Assembly: GCA_025201805.1 (NCBI GenBank)
Contig: MU619422.1
Location: 1-33,594 of the forward strand
Direction: 5' to 3'
Length of the DNA stretch: 33,594 nucleotides
Source: Parasitella parasitica NRRL 2501
Lineage: Eukaryota; Fungi; Mucoromycota
Numbering within the stretch: the stretch's first letter is position 1; the number at the start of each line of letters is the position of its first letter. Made by a program: the position numbers and the translations under genes. Below are positions 9,712 to 22,690 of this stretch, in pieces. The notes below the pieces were generated by a model. The model was given only the letters and a program-made list of their open reading frames with translations. It did no database searches and was not told the origin of the DNA.

Positions 9712-11770
9712 GGTAACCACTGTGTATAGTTTTTGTCTAGGAAATTTGGTATGAAGAGAAGGAAAAAGAAAAGAAAAAAAAAGATAAACATTATGAAAAG
9801 CCCCAAACTTAAATTGCTTTCAGGTGTCCCAAAGCAACGGAACCTCAATATGGCAAATAGAATATAAATATAAAAAATTATCTTCGCAATAATTGATTTT
9901 TAGCAATCCTTCCAGTGCATTCTCTTTTTCCTTTGTGAGATTATGCAGAACCCTTAATTTTATAAAATAATCAATAGTGTATATTATGTAATACCAATGG
10001 TCAATATGATGAGCGCATTTAGCAAGATGTTTTTCTCGGAATCGGGCTTGCTTGATTATAGCATCAATATATTTATCGCTCAATTACACACCTGTACATG
10101 AGCTTACAGTAGTACAGACAAAAATGGAAGCAGGTGCTGAGATGTTTCCAGATCAAACCACACATGTGGTAATCTGCATAGTATTTCTATAACAACAGTG
10201 GCAACCGACAAATTTTGCATTTTATTGTCAAAATATGTGCAAGTATGCATTTTTCGCCCTTACATTGAATAAGCATGACTTACAGGTAAATGTGATGAAA
10301 AGGTACCATCATTTGCATTTAACAATATATGAAAAGTCTATTGTGAGGACCATATGCAAAAAGGGTGCTTCTGTCACACTAAAATCCATAAACCATACAG
10401 TAATGGTGTTTCATGTAATACCACCTGTACATGGTCAACACTTGGAGAAATCAAAACCCTTGATGAGTTTTTTTTTTAATACTTGGCAGTTGAATATCTT
10501 GGTTGAGTATATGATCGATTTTCCACGTTAAATTTGCTGGCTTAGGAATGAGCGTAATCCCCCAAGTTCAGCACTCATACTGTTGCACATGCTTCTTTTG
10601 ATCCTCGAAGCTTATCCCTGCCAATGCAGGTTAACCAATTTGTCATATTCCGAATCCTCATTTGAGCTGTTTAGAGACCTACTACATTGCCGATCTCGCC
10701 AAAGAGTAGTAGTCCTTTTTTTTTGCAACGCTATTGAAATTGCTCGTATCATATATATATTTCTAATTTTGGTTTTTTTTTTAGCGATCAAATTTGTGAA
10801 TCGCTAGAGTACCGCTGAACTCTACCTAAAATCTGCATAATGTCTCAGTAAGGTGCGTAGAAGACACTTTTCATATCAAAAGAATAATCCCTGACGTCCA
10901 TTTTTGACTTTTTAGTTGGCGCACATCAAATAAACATTACTACACTGTATTCTTATTTCATATGACCAATGTTAGGGAGTGCAGTATGATGCAACACGCA
11001 CTCAAAAAGGGACCTCCAATGTATAATTCCTAGGAACACCGAATGTAGCGCGAAATATGCACAGCACTAATTAAACGACTGTGAGCACTTGGACAAGTCT
11101 GCAAGTAGAAGTAAAAAATGTTCATCTTTGCAACCTGACTGATTTCGCTTCGATTGATCCTGTGTCTTGCGTGCTTATCTAGTGGCAATAAAATGAGGTT
11201 TCTCAATATATATATATATATATATATTACAAGATCTGGATCATTGTCAATCAAGCATTTAATGAGGTTCTATGCACGCATACCTGATCTTGTCTCACAA
11301 AAACATTTTGTATATCTTTGATTACAAAACGAAGTGCCACAGATAGAATAATGAAGAGTCTGAATAACTGATGAATAAAGTGATTATCAAATTTACTTGT
11401 CTTGATGAAATCTACTAGTCTCATTAATTAGCCGCGGGGACTCGCACCCGCTCGGTATAAACTCAAAAATCTAGGTACAGAGGATACCATAGAATCTAAT
11501 GATGTCAAAGAAATGCAAATGTAACTTTTAAATTCAACGCACGATACCTTTCAGCATTATGATGGCAGCAAAGAACTAACCACCTTGGTTGTATACATAT
11601 ACATTTTTTAGGATGAAAGTTCTGCAGTAAAAAACGATCATGCGCATAATATTGTTCGAACGAAGGTCTATGCACGAATCCTGGCTTGCATTACTCACAC
11701 AAAACTATATAAAGGGTATGTAGTGAATACACTCTAGTCTTTTTTTTTTTTTGACAATATATAAAACACC

Positions 11771-14700
11771 ATGTCTGTCTTAAATGCTCCCCCTCATGTA
11801 AATTTTGCCTCTACGGAAACAGTTTCCCAACATTTTAAGGCATTTACAAACTATTTGACCCAGCAAACAAAGCTGCATGCTGACAAGCCTTACATTCGTT
11901 ATTCGTCCGATGGTAGGTTCAAGACACTCACTTACGCTGATGTGGATCGTATCGCAACCAACTTGGCTTGTAGATTGGCCAAGCATATTCAAAATATAGA
12001 GGTTGTCTCTTTCATTAGCGATCATTCCGTCAGCTATCTGTTGGTCATGCTGGCAATTCTAAAGCTGCGCACTACGCTGTTTGCTATTTCCCCTCGTAAT
12101 TCAGAGGCTGCTGCTGTACACTTGCTGGAAAAAACGAGATCCAAGCTTCTCATTGCAGATGCCAAGTACGAGCTGCTAGCCAAGGGTGTAGTATCCAAGG
12201 TCCCTGGCGCTGCCGCTTTAACCGTTTCTCCCTTTGATTATGTTACCCTCGCTAAAGAGCCTCTTGATCCATCTCAATCCCAATTCTTGGATTATGATTT
12301 CTCTGATGAAGACATTTCAAAAACTGCTTTGATTATTCATAGGTAGGATTATCTACAACTCGCGTATATACAATAGCAAACTCATATATCATTATTGTCA
12401 TGCACAGCTCTGGTACAACTGGGTTTCCAAAGCCCATTCGCTATACCAACCTTTATCTGTTTTACGCCATAAATAGCCTTGAAATCCTGATCAATTCCAA
12501 CAGTAAGCTGGAAAGTTTGACGGATACAGATGTAATCCTTCCTATAGTGCCCCTGTATGTACAATATATATATATTTTTTTTTCAAATGCTAAAATCCAG
12601 AAAAACCTAATCTTCCCCTACTTTGTCAATAGATTTCATCTGTTCGGTATTTCGGTGTTCTTTGCAGCGATTGCATTTGGTGGTAAATGCGTCTTTTTGG
12701 AAAAGCTTCCTGCCTCTCAAGCTGAAATCTCGAATGCTATAGCAGCTAATAATGTCACTGTTTTCGCTGCTCCTCCTTTGATTTACGAGCAGATGGTTAC
12801 TTATCTCAACAAAACTAAAGATTTAGCAGCTGTACAACGCATCAAGTATGCTTTTACTGGAGGTGCCCCTATTAAGGAGAGTCTAGTTGAATGGTTTTAC
12901 CAAAATAATATCAATGTCCGTACATATTATGGCTCTACTGAAACTGGTAATACCATGTCTGGTGATTTAGAGCGCACAAGCAAGAACTACAACTCCCTTG
13001 AATTTTATCAAAAGGATACTCAGGGCATACCTTACGGTGTGTTTGAGGCCAATGATCCAAGGGAGCCCCATATCAAACATCTTTACATTCGTGCTGGTAG
13101 CCCAATACTAGGCGCCCATGTAGCTAATCGTGCTGACGGCGGATACGATACGCAAGATCTTTTTATTGAGAATCCCAGATTTCCTGGCTATTACACTTAT
13201 GTGGGTCGCCGTGATGATATGCTCATCATGAAAAATGGCGAAAAGACCAACCCAATTCCTATGGAAATCACTATTCGCCAAAGCCCGATGGTACACCAGG
13301 TCGCTATTATCGGTCACGGTCGACAGTGCACAGCTGCTTTGATTCAGCTGAAAAGAACCGTTGCTGAACAATGTTCTCAAGAAGAGATCCATGCTGCTAT
13401 TAGCGCTGTGATCAAGGACACAAACCGTGAATGTCCCAACCATAGCAAAATTTTCCCCGAAATGGTCAAGATTCTACCGCTGGATCAAGTTTTACCTTGC
13501 ACTGACAAAGGCACAGTCATGCGTAAAAAGGCTGAATCTATCCACCAAGACGAGGTCGACATGCTTTACAAAAATTTCTTGGAAGGCCCTCCTCTTGCAA
13601 ATTCACGTAACGCTGACACGTCTGCTTGGACAGCCGAGCAAATCGAAGACTTCCTAATCGACTGCGCAGTCAAAGTGCTGGATATACCTCGATCCATCAT
13701 TCAAGACCGTCCTCAATCTTTGTTCGACTATGGCCTTAATTCTGTAAATGCTATACAGCTTCGACATCTTATTGCGCAGCATTTTGAAGATGTCGCGCCC
13801 AACTTTTTGTTCCAGCATTACAGCATTAAATCGATGCGAAAGGCGCTTATGCGTCGAAAAGAAAAGGACCCAATCGACCAGATGGAAAAGCGATATCAGG
13901 AAACGCAAAAACTAACAGAGCATTACATCAAGCGTGCAAAAACAGATTTTCCTCGTGCAAGTAATCACTATGTTGGAAAGAAGGGTAAAGTTATCCTTTT
14001 GACTGGTGTCACTGGAAGTCTTGGATCCTTCCTCTTGAGCGAGTTACTGAGAGACCCCACAGTTGAAAAGATATATTGCTGTGTGCGTGGTGACGACCAG
14101 CATTTGAGAGATCGTCTTGTTGAGGCTATAACCTCTCGCTCTCTCGATGCATCTCTGCTAGATACTGAGCGTGTCGAGGTTCTGCCTATGCGCTTTAACG
14201 AATCTCTGCTAGGCTTCTCTCCTGAGCGCTACAATCAACTCAAAAACGAGGTTACCATTGTCCAACACTGTGCTTGGCTGCTCAACTTTAATATGCCTAT
14301 CGATTACTTTGACCGGGAGTGTATCCAACCGTTCTACAACCTTTTAAAGTTCGCATACAAACAAGTCAATCCTATGCATGTTCATTTTATCTCTAGTATC
14401 TCTGCCAGTGCTGCTGCAGGCAATGAAATTGCTGAAGAGCCTTTGCCTCTAGACTCACATGTCGCCATGCCTATGGGATACGCTCAATCCAAGTTTGTTG
14501 TTGAAATCCTTTTCAATTACCTGACAGTCGAAAAAAACTTTCCTTGCTACATTGAACGGCTTGGCCAAGTGTGCGGAGACTCTATCAACGGTGTCTGGAA
14601 CGTATCTGAGCAGTACCCTCTCATGTTTATCGGGGGAGGGTCTGTCATGCACAAAATGCCTGGGCTGGATACTGCTATTGACTGGATCACAGTCGACTAT

Positions 14701-15090
14701 GCTGCCGCCTCTATTGCTGATATCATGCTCCGTACCGCGTATCTTCCTGCCAACACCGAGCAGTCCATTTATCATATTGTAAACCCTCATCTCATCAGCT
14801 GGTCTGATATACTTGTTGCCATGAAAAAGTCTGGCATGAAGTTTGAGGTAGTGGAACCTACCAAATGGGTCGAATATCTTGCCCAAGATGATACAAACCC
14901 TGCATTTCGCTTGATGCCGTTCTATCAGGACAACTTTAGCAAGGAATCGTTTAGAATGTCCGTGTGGAGGACTGAGAAAACAAGCGCATTCACCCCTATC
15001 ATTTCAAAGTCTCCAGTTCTTGACGCTGACCTATTCAGTAAGTTTTTAAACCACTGGAAAACTGTAGGATTTTACAAACCCACTGTTTAA
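11771..15090 (+). CDS. NRPS-like A-T-R enzyme (carboxylic acid reductase-type: adenylation, thiolation, terminal NAD(P)H reductase), 3 exons
   Basis: A-domain IIHSSGTTGFPK (across intron 1), YGSTETG, GRRDD, NGEKTNP and TDKGTVMR; carrier LFDYGLNSV (phosphopantetheine Ser); R-domain LLTGVTGSLG and GYAQSK. Introns about 12343-12407 and 12555-12632. TATA-like CTATATAAAG near 11706. Confidence 0.92.
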
Positions 15091-15866
15091 TTGCATCCAC
15101 ACGAATGAAAATAAAATATCTAAACCTATGGCATTTAATCAACCCTAATAATGCCTTAAATAATTTCAATTTGGCTTGGTCTTTTGCATGTGTGTTCAAC
15201 GATTTCATGTTATGGCACCATTGGAACTCTGTTTGCTTGGGAGAAATACTTGAGGCAAAGCACACTGATTGAACTTGGAATATTCAGTGATTTTCCAATT
15301 TTAATTTCACTTATTTTTCTGACGAAATTAACAGTTTTTGCGCACTACCTTTTGCCAAATAGACCAACTTGCCCAGATTTATACGTTAGTATGATAGCTT
15401 GGAACTAGGGAAATTTGATAGATATCTTGTTTGGACTTGGCTGCCCAATTAAAATTGCAAATGGTTGAAATGAATAAATTTATTAGCCAACTGTTTAGAA
15501 TCTGCTCTAATGACACATGGAACACCTTATAATGTATACAATTAACATGGCTGTTTGCATAATAGCGATTTTTTGATGACAAAGTCAATTAGTATGGCAT
15601 TGCTATCGGAATACCTTTTAGTTGTCAAAAATCGTCTTTCCAGTGCATTATTTCTAAAAAAAAAAATTGACAGCCGACTTCTAACACTTGCAGTTTACTC
15701 TTATCTTCACAAGCTTCAAACATCTGGTGGTGCGGTAACTCATTCATTACTTGTTTGTCTTTGTTCGTCACACAAAATTTTCAATGATGTAATTTGAACA
15801 TAACCACATTTGCATGATTTCTACGCCCTCTCATTGCACTCTACACTTTTTTCTGTGCAAAACAAT

Positions 15867-16909
15867 ATGAACAAACTCGCTACAAAAATCAAATTGAGGT
15901 AAATAACATTGTGCGATGCACCACGTTTCACTAAAAAACATCAAATATAATAGCTGTCAAGAAATTACAAAGATCAAGGCAGATGCTATAGGTAAGCAAG
16001 TTATAGTAACAAATGCATTATTCAAACATTTCATGAAAAATTCCCTTAGTTAATGCTGCAAACAATTCTTTGCTGGGAGGAGGAGGAGGTACGGATAGAT
16101 GCTTATCATTGTCGTGTGTATAGAATTCTTGCTTGCTAACAATTTTGATTGCAGTGGACGGAGCCATTCACAAGTAAGCATTTATATTTGAATTAGCAAT
16201 GTCAGTGATGAGCAAAAATCTAACAATATCCAATGCAGTGCTGCTGGGAAGGATTTACTAAAAGAATGTCGTACATTAGGAGGCTGTCCCGATGGGGTAA
16301 GTAAGGAATTTGGTACTTTATATACAAAAAAAAAAGAAAAGGCTCACCGTTACATTTGTAAAAGTATGCCAAAATAACCAAAGGTTACAATTTACCTGCG
16401 AAATGTAAAGCCACGGTAGAAAGCGGGACCGTACACAGAGCTAACATCTCGTTATTATAGACGTAATCCACACGGTTGGGCCACAGTCTGAGAAACCGGA
16501 TATTCTTGCCAACTGTTACAAAAACTCGCTTCAGGTATTGACAGAGAACAACCTACGATCCATTGCTTTTCCTTGCATTGCTACTGGTGTTTATGGGTAC
16601 AATAACGAGAGAGCTGCCAAAATTGCCTTGGAAACAGTGCTCGGATATTTGCAAAATGACCTGTCAGAGGGCGAGGATAAGGTGAGATATGGCTTCGATG
16701 ACTGATTGGACTGAACGTTGACTCTGAACATTTTCCGATTTGTGTCCAGGTTGATCAGGTCATTTTTGTATTGTTTAACGAAAAGGACAAGGCTATTTAC
16801 ATAGGTAAGTTGTAACATTTACTGCGGTTAAATTGTGTTGTATATTTATATAGTGTCTTGGTTAGATTTGGTTCCCAAGTACTTTCCAGGAGCCTCTGTC
16901 CAATATTGA
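15867..16909 (+). CDS. MacroD/YmdB-type macrodomain ADP-ribose glycohydrolase, 9 short exons (absent from the ORF track)
   Basis: Manual splicing gives [83 protein letters not shown]...LANCYKNSL...SIAFPCIATGVYGY...VDQVIFVLF...[29 protein letters not shown] and AFPCIxTGVYG are canonical. Confidence 0.93.
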
Positions 16910-17105
16910 ATCAAACACTCATTTCTCAAGATTTCATTGCTACTGGAATCCCAGCCAATAGTGTGGCATCAAATAAAGATGATTCACAAATTCAACTTTC
17001 TTGCCATCTGTCTCATATTTAAAGGCTTATTCAATTTTATCTTACTATGGTTTATTTCCTGTTAATTGTTCTATTGAAAAGTAAAGTTTTTTCTTTCTAG
17101 TAATA

Positions 17106-18198
17106 ATGTTGCGTTCTGTTAGCCACAAAGCTATTGCAAGTATAGAACACAGTATTGGGAGTCGTTTGTATTTGACGCAGAAGGCTAACCCGGCTGCGTT
17201 TGTTACACCACCCGTTGCCGTTGCACAACGTGCCTATTCAGCAGCCACATCTGCAATGGCATTCAAGAAGCACCTGCGTCAAAAAAAATTTGGTCATGCA
17301 CCTCGCTACTTGCAGCCTACCGCTGAAGATGCTGTCTACAATATTTTGCACAATACTCCAGCCTCAAGTGCTGAGAAATCAAGGAGACACGTCTTGAATC
17401 TTTTGGTGCAGAATGAACCCGGAGTGCTGAGTAGATTGTCAGGTGTATTGGCTGGAAGAAACTTCAACATTGAGTCTTTGGTTGTGGCAAACACCGAAGT
17501 GCCAGATTTGAGCAGAATGACAGTGGTATTCAAGGGTAAGAATGTTCAAATCGAGCAAGCCAGAAGACAGCTGGAGGATCTAGTAAGTGGTTGCGTTGTA
17601 CATGAATTTTCTTGCTTATTGACTGCGAATCTTTTGAATGACAAGGTTCCTGTTTGGGCTGTCTTGGATTACACGCACACAAAGCTGATTGAACGAGAGT
17701 TGCTGCTGATCAAAGTTTCCATCTTGGGCTCAGAACATTTGCATGAGCAATTACCCACCGCAAAATTAGACAAGGATGTGGAGTATATCGACGAAAAGCT
17801 GAATGCTAGTGAACAGGTAGGTTACAAGAAAATGTGCTTTTTATAGGCATACAATAACCTTTTGGCGGTAGGCTTCTCAAGAGACACCGTCCGCAGCTCT
17901 TCGAAACACTTTTGATCATTTGCGATCTGTCACAGAATTAACACGCCTGTTTGAGGGAAAGATTGTTGATGTTTCTGGCGATTCAGTAGTAATAGAAGTT
18001 TGTGCCAAGCCTGAGCGCATTGCGTCTTTTATGAAACTCTGCAAGCCATTTGGAATCATTGAGGCCGCAAGAACCGGTGTTATGGCAATGCCCCGTTCTC
18101 CTGTTCACGAACAATATGCAGCGCAAACAGACCATTCGTCTCAAGAGGAAGAAGATGATAACGAAGAGGTTGATCTTAGCGCACTTCCTCCATCTTAG
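17106..18198 (+). CDS. ILV6: Acetolactate synthase regulatory (small) subunit, mitochondrial
   Basis: Basic presequence, ACT domain HVLNLLVQNEPGVLSRLSGVLAGRNFNIESLVV, QLEDL|VPVWAVLDY, ERELLLIKV, PFGIIEAARTG and C-terminal LPPS. Introns 17583-17645 and about 17817-17871. Confidence 0.95.
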
Positions 18199-18663
18199 GC
18201 CGACCATCACATTGTATACTTCAACTTCAGTTATGGCAATCAATAAAATATTTGTATTTTTTCCTGGTATTCCGAGTTCAATGTAAAGAGAGCCCTATCG
18301 TTAGCAATGACAGAAAATCGCCAGCAGCATCACTAGAAGTTGAAGTCTAGCATTGCTGAAATTTTAAGACTGGTTCGTGCTATGATAGTTTTTGCTGATG
18401 TCTTTTCCTTACAGGCAGACAGTGATAGCAACAAGGGTTAAAAGTAAGGGATGTCTACGGGTTTTGCACATTTTCGGTTCACAAGTTTACACAATCTTTA
18501 TTGCCACCAAAGTGGAAGGCACAGGTTCATGAGCGGATAGTATTTGATTGGCCCAATTCACGCTGTACCAGTATTCTTGCTGTCACCTTTGCCGTACTTC
18601 TTTTTTGGCTTTTTACATAAAAAGGCGCTTTCCAGCACACTGATCTATTCTGCAATCTTCAAC

Positions 18664-21020
18664 ATGACAGTGGCCTTGGAAGAATATGCATCGGCCAAGC
18701 TCAACTTGAGCTCAACGCCCAAATTTACTGATCTGGAAAACTGGCGGCTGAAGGTAGATACCGGCAGACAGACATGGCACTATTTGTCAACCGAGGAAGA
18801 GCGCCAAGTTTGGCCTCAAACAACATGCGACAGATACTCTTTGGGCCTTGCTCTTGTAAGTTTTAATCGAGATCTGCATCCAGCCATCCTCATAAATCTT
18901 TGTATTGTTAGGATGTTCCTAATCTCAATACGCCAGCAACACCACTTGAATCTGCTCGTAATGGCTTCGAGTTCTACAGACGCCTTCAGACCGAAGATGG
19001 TCATTGGAGTGGAGAATATGGAGGGCCAATGTTTGTGTCAGAGCCAAATAGAATCAAATGCAGTGAAACTAAGCTAAATATGTAGGTTTCTGATTCCTGG
19101 TTTGATCATCACCTACTACATTACTGGAACACCCATTCCTGATCCAATGCGTCTCGAATTGATTCGTTACCTCCTCAACCGAGCTGAAAAGAATGACGGA
19201 GGATGGGGCATCCACATCGAAGGCGTATCGACCGTCTTTGGTACATCTTTGAATTATGTCACTCTTCGTATTCTGGGTCTTGGACCTGATCATCCTGCCA
19301 TGGTCAAAGCTCGTGGAACACTCCATAAACTTGGTGGTGCAACTGCTATTCCTGCTTGGGGTAAATTCTGGCTGGCAGCATTAGGGGTTTATGATTGGAA
19401 GGGCGTGAATCCCATTCCTCCCGAATTATGGGCGCTTCCAAAGGCCCTCCCTCTTTGTCCTGGTAACTGGTGGGTCCACACTCGCCTGGTTTACTTGCCA
19501 ATGGGCTACATTTACGGCCGTAGGCTGAGTGCGCCTCTTACCTCGTTCACTCAATCGCTCCGCCAAGAACTTTACGTCGAACCGTATGATTCTATTCATT
19601 GGGATAGCCAAAGAAACAATGTCGCCAAGGTCGATTTGTATACCCCCCATTCTAAAATCATGGATGTGCTTAACTATGGCTTAACTTATTATGAGGCTCT
19701 TGCAACCAAGCTTCCTCAGTTGAGAAACTATGGCCTCAGACTGACATTGGATCAGATCAAGATGGAGGATGAGAACTCTTGCTTCCAAACCATCGGCCCC
19801 GTATCCAAAGCAATGAATTGGCTCGTTACTTTCTATGAATATGGCAGAGAGTCCTACCAGTTTAAGCAGCATGTGGAGAAGAATGCTGATTTCATGTGGA
19901 TGGGTCCTGAGGGCATGATGATGAATGGCACTAACGGAAGCCAGCTTTGGGATGCTGCTTTCATTGCTCAAGCCTGCGTCGAAGCAAAGCTTGCAGATAA
20001 TCTCGAATACCGTGAAGACATGACTAAATTACTTGAATTCATTGACATCACCCAAGTATGTATTGCTAATCTGCGGCTATTCTGTATATTACTAAAGCTA
20101 CCAGACAGATTCGCCGTAACCCGCCCAACTGGGAAAAATCGTATCGCCAAATCACACTGGGTGCATGGCCATTCAGTACAAGAGAACAAGGCTATACTGT
20201 GTCTGACTGCACTGCCGAAGGTCTTAAAGCGACTATTGCATTGCAAAGCACACCTGGTCTCCCCAAGCTGGTTGATATTCCCCGTCTTCGCCAAGCTGTC
20301 GATGTCATGCTGACTATGCAAAATGCAGATAATGGATTTGCCTCGTATGAAACAATCCGTGGCCCTCATCTTTTGGAGCTGCTTAACCCTGCTGAAGTCT
20401 TTGGCAACATTATGACTGAATATAGCTATCCTGAATGCACTACCGCTGTCTTGATGGGCCTGCGCAGTTTTATCAAGGTAGATCCTGAATACCGTCGTGC
20501 CGAAATTGACGAGACATGTCGTCGTAGCTTGCTGTACATCAAGGATGTGCAACACAAAGATGGCTCCTGGTACGGTGCTTGGGCTATCTGCTATACCTAT
20601 GCTGCCATGTTTGCTCTTCAGAGTTTAGCAAGCGTGGATGAGTACTATGAAACGTCCGATCATGCCAAACGTGGTTGTGATTTCCTTGTCCAACACCAAG
20701 AAGCTGATGGTGGATGGGGCGAGAGCTACAAATCTTGCGAATTGCATGTTTATTCTCGCAATGAAAAATCCCAAGTTGTAAATACTGCCTTTGCTGTAAG
20801 AGGCCTGCTGGAGGCTAAATACCCGCACAAAGAACCTATTCGCCGTGGTATTGAATTCATTATGAAGAGACAGCAGGCTAATGGTGAATGGCTACAGGAA
20901 AGCATTGAAGGTGTCTTTAACAAGAATTGCATGATTTCTTACCCTAATTACAAGTTTTCTTTCACTATCTGGGCACTCGGACAGTATGCGAGTGTTTACG
21001 GCGACAGTATTCAGGAATAA
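18664..21020 (+). CDS. ERG7: Lanosterol synthase (oxidosqualene cyclase), 4 exons
   Basis: GRQTW, DGGWGIH, WGKFWL, catalytic VSDCTAE and QW repeats. The product-determining residues are lanosterol-type: Thr in NGTNGSQLWD and Gln/Val in QGYTVSDCTAE, versus Tyr and His/Ile in cycloartenol synthases. Confidence 0.96.
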
Positions 21021-21151
21021 AACATAGTATTGTGAAAAAAGTGTAATTTTATTATACGCATTTAGCTATAAAGCCAATCTAGACCCTGTTGACAGAAGAA
21101 GATGATGGTTAGACCACTCGTCGTGGATAACTACAGCGGTAACGATAAAAC

Positions 21152-22690
21152 TTACTTTTTAACAATTTGAACAACATCTTCGTCCATAAGAACATGTTCT
21201 TTGCCAACCTTTTGGGGATTATGCTTTACTGAAGCACCCCAAACATATGCACACTTGAATTGATCCATAATAGACTTGTGGATGCTATTACAAAAATCTT
21301 CGACGGTTGCCTTTTCGTGCGTCATGACAACAGGCTGTTCGTAATCTGGTAACTGACCCTTTGGTTTGGTGTAGATTCTAACAAGGTTCAACTTCTGCCA
21401 CATCACTTCTAATAACTCGTCAAAATTCCATTCGTGGTTGGAGGAAATAGGCACAGCGTTAGGGATCTTGTAGATAAGATCCAGCTCCTCGATTGAGATT
21501 TGGTCGATTTTGTTTAGAACGTAGACGGCGGGAATATAGATTCTGAGCATAATGTGTTAGACTAGCAACTAATAATGGGGCTTAACACAACTAACCGATT
21601 GCCTTCGACAACATCAATAAGGTCATCAATGCTGGAATCTTCCTTGAAGGAAATGTCGGCATTGTGGATGCGATACTCGCTCAGAACTGCCTTGACTTCG
21701 TCGAATGTAATGTTGTTCAGAGGAACAGTGTTGGACATGTTGATACCACCCCTTTCCTTTTTTTTAAAAATAATAGCAGGAGGCTTTTTGTTTAATCTAA
21801 TGCCAAAGCCTTCCAATTCCTTTTCAATCAACTGCTTGTGAGTCATGGGCTTGAGTACATCCAATACGATGAAAATAAGTGAGCAAGTTCGAGCAACTAG
21901 TTAAGATTAGCATCTCTCTCTCTTTCTTTTTCTCTCTCCCCAAAAATAACTTACCAGCAATGACTTGACGACCTCTACCTTTACCATCCTTGGCACCCTC
22001 GATAATACCGGGAAGATCAAGAATCTATGCAAACAGGTCAACGTCAGATCGGTTCAAGTCGGTTCTGGTGGCTCACGTACTTGAAGTTTAGCACCCTTGT
22101 ATTGCACGATACCGGGTACAGTCGTAAGAGTTGTAAACTCGTAAGCACCTACTTCGGAAGCAGTGCCAGTAAGCTTGGACATCAGTGTTGATTTGCCAAC
22201 AGATGGAAAGCCTATCTCTCCATAGTCAATGGTCTATCCCTCCCATACAAGCATCAAGCATTACCTACGAACCCAATACGTGCGATACCTGTCTTTGCAA
22301 CATCAAAGCCAACTATTAACAGCTTGTCAATATCGAAATACATACGGCATTTGTCGTGATTTCTTACCACCACCACCTCCTCCACCACTGGTAGGTGTCA
22401 ACAAATCACGCTTAAGCTTTGCAAGCTTAGCCTTCAGCTGACCCAAGTGATAGGAGGTAGCCTTGTTCTTTTGGGTCTTGGACATTTCATTCTAAAAGAA
22501 AATGAAAATATCGTCAATTGATCTTTTTTCGACATGATACATTAGCGAAAAGGCTACTTGGTTCTATACATACTTCAATTTCCTATTTGATACTGTTAGC
22601 TTGATTCACTGTTTACAATGCGCGCGTTTGTGCATCTCTCTCTCTGTGCTTGTGTGCGTTTTTTACCTTGATTTTATCTACCAACGACAT
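21152..22690 (-). CDS. RBG1: Developmentally regulated GTP-binding protein 1 (DRG1/Rbg1), many short exons
   Basis: [91 protein letters not shown] and the TGS domain ending [10 protein letters not shown]. Confidence 0.94.

Noticed and set aside
9820-11254. Short ORFs between pyridoxal kinase and the A-T-R gene
   Set aside because: No recognisable motifs or coherent exon chain; composition is intergenic-like.
12555-12632. Stop-free introns of length 3n (also 9203-9256 and 17583-17645) as regulated intron retention
   Set aside because: A few such cases are expected by chance among dozens of short introns. All have canonical splice sites and would disrupt conserved motifs if retained.
18541-18570. 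ATTGG/CCAAT pair and TCACG upstream of ERG7 as sterol-regulatory elements
   Set aside because: The motifs are too short to support without conservation data.
13108-20932. Antisense ORFs within the A-T-R, ILV6 and ERG7 genes
   Set aside because: They are fully nested in well-supported coding exons and show no independent coding signal.
11771-21020. A-T-R, macrodomain, ILV6 and ERG7 as a secondary-metabolite cluster with self-resistance genes
   Set aside because: ILV6 and ERG7 look like ordinary housekeeping genes, and there are no tailoring enzymes, transporter or cluster regulator.
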